From: a virus
Taxonomy: Duplodnaviria; Caudoviricetes
Direction: 5' to 3' (one strand)
Virus record (IMG/VR): IMGVR_UViG_3300046167_000798
Length of the DNA: 64,000 nt
A program made the position numbers and the translations under genes. How positions within the stretch are numbered: the stretch's first letter is position 1; the number at the start of each line of letters is the position of its first letter. The notes beneath the pieces are model-generated. The model saw nothing but the letters and a program-made list of their open reading frames with translations, was not told the origin of the DNA and searched no databases. Shown here one piece after another: positions 62,701 through 64,000 of this stretch.

Positions 62701-64000
62701 TCTCCATTGGTGTTTAAGTATCTTGTATCGAATGTAGATGTTAATTGTGAAGAACCACTAATTACACCTTCATCGTTTATTTTATTTTTTACTCTAACAT
62801 CAGTATAGTAAAGATTACTACCTTCAGTTACTTGGTCTGTATCAATACCTGTTAGTAATCCACCTTCTCCTTTGAATCCTACTGATGAACTTACTTGAGC
62901 ATCAAATACGAATTGAGATGTATTGTGGTCCCATTGTAATGATTTATTAGCACCATCAATCTCTATACCTGCACCATCAGCAGCTGCCGAATCAACTGAA
63001 CCACTTGCAACAGTAATAAGTTTATCTTCGATTCTTAATTCAGTAGAAGATATTTCTGTTGCTGAACCTAAAACTGTAAAATCTCCTGTAATTGTAACAT
63101 CTCCTGTAAATGAACCAGTATTAAATGTTACGTTTGATGTTGATGATAGATTCTGATTTATAGTATCTAATTGTGCTTTATTAGAATGAGTATGTATATC
63201 TGATTCTAAAGAATCTAAACGTGCATCTAAAGATGTTGAAACAGAAGTTCCTACAAATAGTGAATTTACTTGAGTTGAACCACTAACTACATTATCACCA
63301 TTTATTTCTAAGAATTTATTATATCCACTAATCTGAGCAGATGATGAAACAACGTTATCACCATTAATTTCTAAAAATACATTATCTAATTGACCCGAAC
63401 CTGATATAACTCCATCGGAGTTCATTTTTGATTTTACATTTGAATCAAAATTGGTTATTGTATTAGCATTTACCTGTACAGATGAACTAAATACATTATC
63501 ACCATTGGTATTTAAATACCTTGTATCAAATTCAGTTGTTAGTTGAGAAGAACCACTAAGTACTCCCTCGGTATTTAATTTATTTTTTACTCTAGTATCT
63601 GTATAATATAGATTTGTATTTTCTGATAAATTTGCAGTTGTTGCAGTTCCTAAGAACGAACCACTATGTACATTTTCATCATTTAATTTTGTTTTTACAT
63701 TTGAATCAAAATTGGTTATTGTATTAGCATTTACCTGTACAGATGAACTAAATACATTATCACCATCTTTTTCTAAGAATTTGTTATATCCACTAATTTG
63801 AGCAGATGATGAAACAACGTTATCACCATCTTTTTCTAAGAATTTATCATATGCACTTATTTGAGCAGATGATGAAACAATGTTACTTCCATGTAAAATT
63901 TGAGATGAACCACTAATTACATTTTCTGCATTTAATTTATCTTTTACATTACTATCAAAGTTTGTAATTGTATTTGCATTTACTTGTGCAGATGAACTAA
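59787..64000 (-). CDS. Long repeat tail fibre with S74 chaperone, over 1400 aa, 5' end outside the window
   Basis: The frame stays open from 63425 to the window end. Many SSSAQI/SGSSQL and TDxxVKTKLN repeats, then SSDERLKNNI...YGVIAQE. Confidence 0.88.
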   Translation of the reverse strand, partial: SSSAQVNANTITNFDSNVKDKLNAENVISGSSQILHGSNIVSSSAQISAYDKFLEKDGDNVVSSSAQISGYNKFLEKDGDNVFSSSVQVNANTITNFDSNVKTKLNDENVHSGSFLGTATTANLSENTNLYYTDTRVKNKLNTEGVLSGSSQLTTEFDTRYLNTNGDNVFSSSVQVNANTITNFDSNVKSKMNSDGVISGSGQLDNVFLEINGDNVVSSSAQISGYNKFLEINGDNVVSGSTQVNSLFVGTSVSTSLDARLDSLESDIHTHSNKAQLDTINQNLSSTSNVTFNTGSFTGDVTITGDFTVLGSATEISSTELRIEDKLITVASGSVDSAAADGAGIEIDGANKSLQWDHNTSQFVFDAQVSSSVGFKGEGGLLTGIDTDQVTEGSNLYYTDVRVKNKINDEGVISGSSQLTSTFDTRYLNTNGDGVISSSAQLTGDLDLRYLEIDGDNVVSSSAQITLANTTGNLDGSRVVGNIQASSVEYSNVLNKPTLFSGSAQVSLSGFSTSDLSEGSNEYYTDTKVKTKLNTEGVISGSGQLTSTFDSRYLNTNGDDVISSSAQISHDDTTGFVTSEHIDHSSISVGSGKGLSGGGTIDTNRSITLDTGSVHFTNGIKEKINDEGVISGSSQVSLTSVTGYNSNEHFTQGNITTVGTVTSGDISAILPSGLVSGSVFSSPSQGTVRAQINGVNQDVDTGLQTGDSPTFQGVTLTNLGTLAIGQQTALFSGSAGQIGKRVLGTSAFFNVSASIADDPNSIPTTKAVNDALISAGAGDITEVNPSSVFSDATTGLIHLPTGTEVGGAKGVQGNIHIAVSTGSAHFTGGVKTKLNAEGVFSSSAQLSADFLDTLGDGVVSSSAQIQNYNLFLEKDGDSVVSGSSQVDVSQTTNYSSINQYSDTKVKTKLNTEGVISGSSQLTSVFDSRYLNTNGDSVVSSSAQIDYNSIQNQPTTISSGQSNKLAFISITQAVDLDTLETNVGTNSSKVGYTDALVKAKLNTEGVLSGSAQITNGSGLVSSSAQIDSLGFLKVEGDSVVSSSAQIDYNSIQNQPTTITGGQASAISTNTGKVGYTDALVKAKLNEETVVSGSSQITLSSVTGYNSNEHFTQGNITTLGTVTAGNVTAILPSGVISGSTQLTSNLNSVYLEINGDSVVSGSSQINSLFAGTAVSTSLDSRLDSLESDTHTHSNKANLDTINQNLATTNNVTFADGDFTGDVQINGSLVVQGSATELQVTELRIEDKVITVASGSADSAAADGAGIEIAGANESITWNHANSRFQISDDIHVTGTIKASDDIVAYASSDERLKNNIQPIQNPLEKINEISGNTFDWNEEKQDTYKGKDYGVIAQEIEKILPELVHTKESGFKSVKYDKIIPLLIEGIKDLNKEVIELKKIIKESK
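63432..63766. repeat. Perfect 74-bp direct repeat (63432-63505 and 63693-63766)
   Basis: Both copies read identically and are in frame within the fibre gene. Confidence 0.9.

Noticed and set aside
52499-64000. Diversity-generating retroelement or invertible fibre cassette
   Set aside because: No reverse transcriptase or invertase in the window. The repeats are direct and in frame and differ at synonymous sites, not only at adenines.

Overview
64 kb of a large, AT-rich (about 30% GC by eye) T4-like myovirus. Every credible gene lies on the minus strand. Left half: replication and nucleotide metabolism (family B polymerase, gp45-like clamp, gp41-like helicase, RecA, gp32-like SSB, flap nuclease, NrdAB, thioredoxin, IMPDH/GMP reductase) mixed with accessory genes (TonB-dependent receptor, GroEL, two amino-methyltransferases, PLP enzyme, SET and Hc1-like proteins, several glycosyltransferases, PhyH dioxygenase, lipoprotein nuclease). 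Right half: baseplate, tape measure, tube, sheath, a Hint-domain protein and repeat-built tail fibres. Nine TTG-N20-TATATTTG promoters and the receptor architecture point to a Bacteroidota host. Twelve genes, several essential, are broken by 16 single-base insertions that I read as long-read errors, so they are reported merged. Best leads: a gene-32-type pseudoknot in the SSB leader; AGGAG Shine-Dalgarno sites at a fixed spacing in a phage whose host normally ignores them; an Hc1 + SET pair in the nrd operon; a candidate programmed frameshift before the tape measure gene; a sigma54-like promoter with a palindrome upstream of groEL. All family calls come from motif recognition, with no database search.
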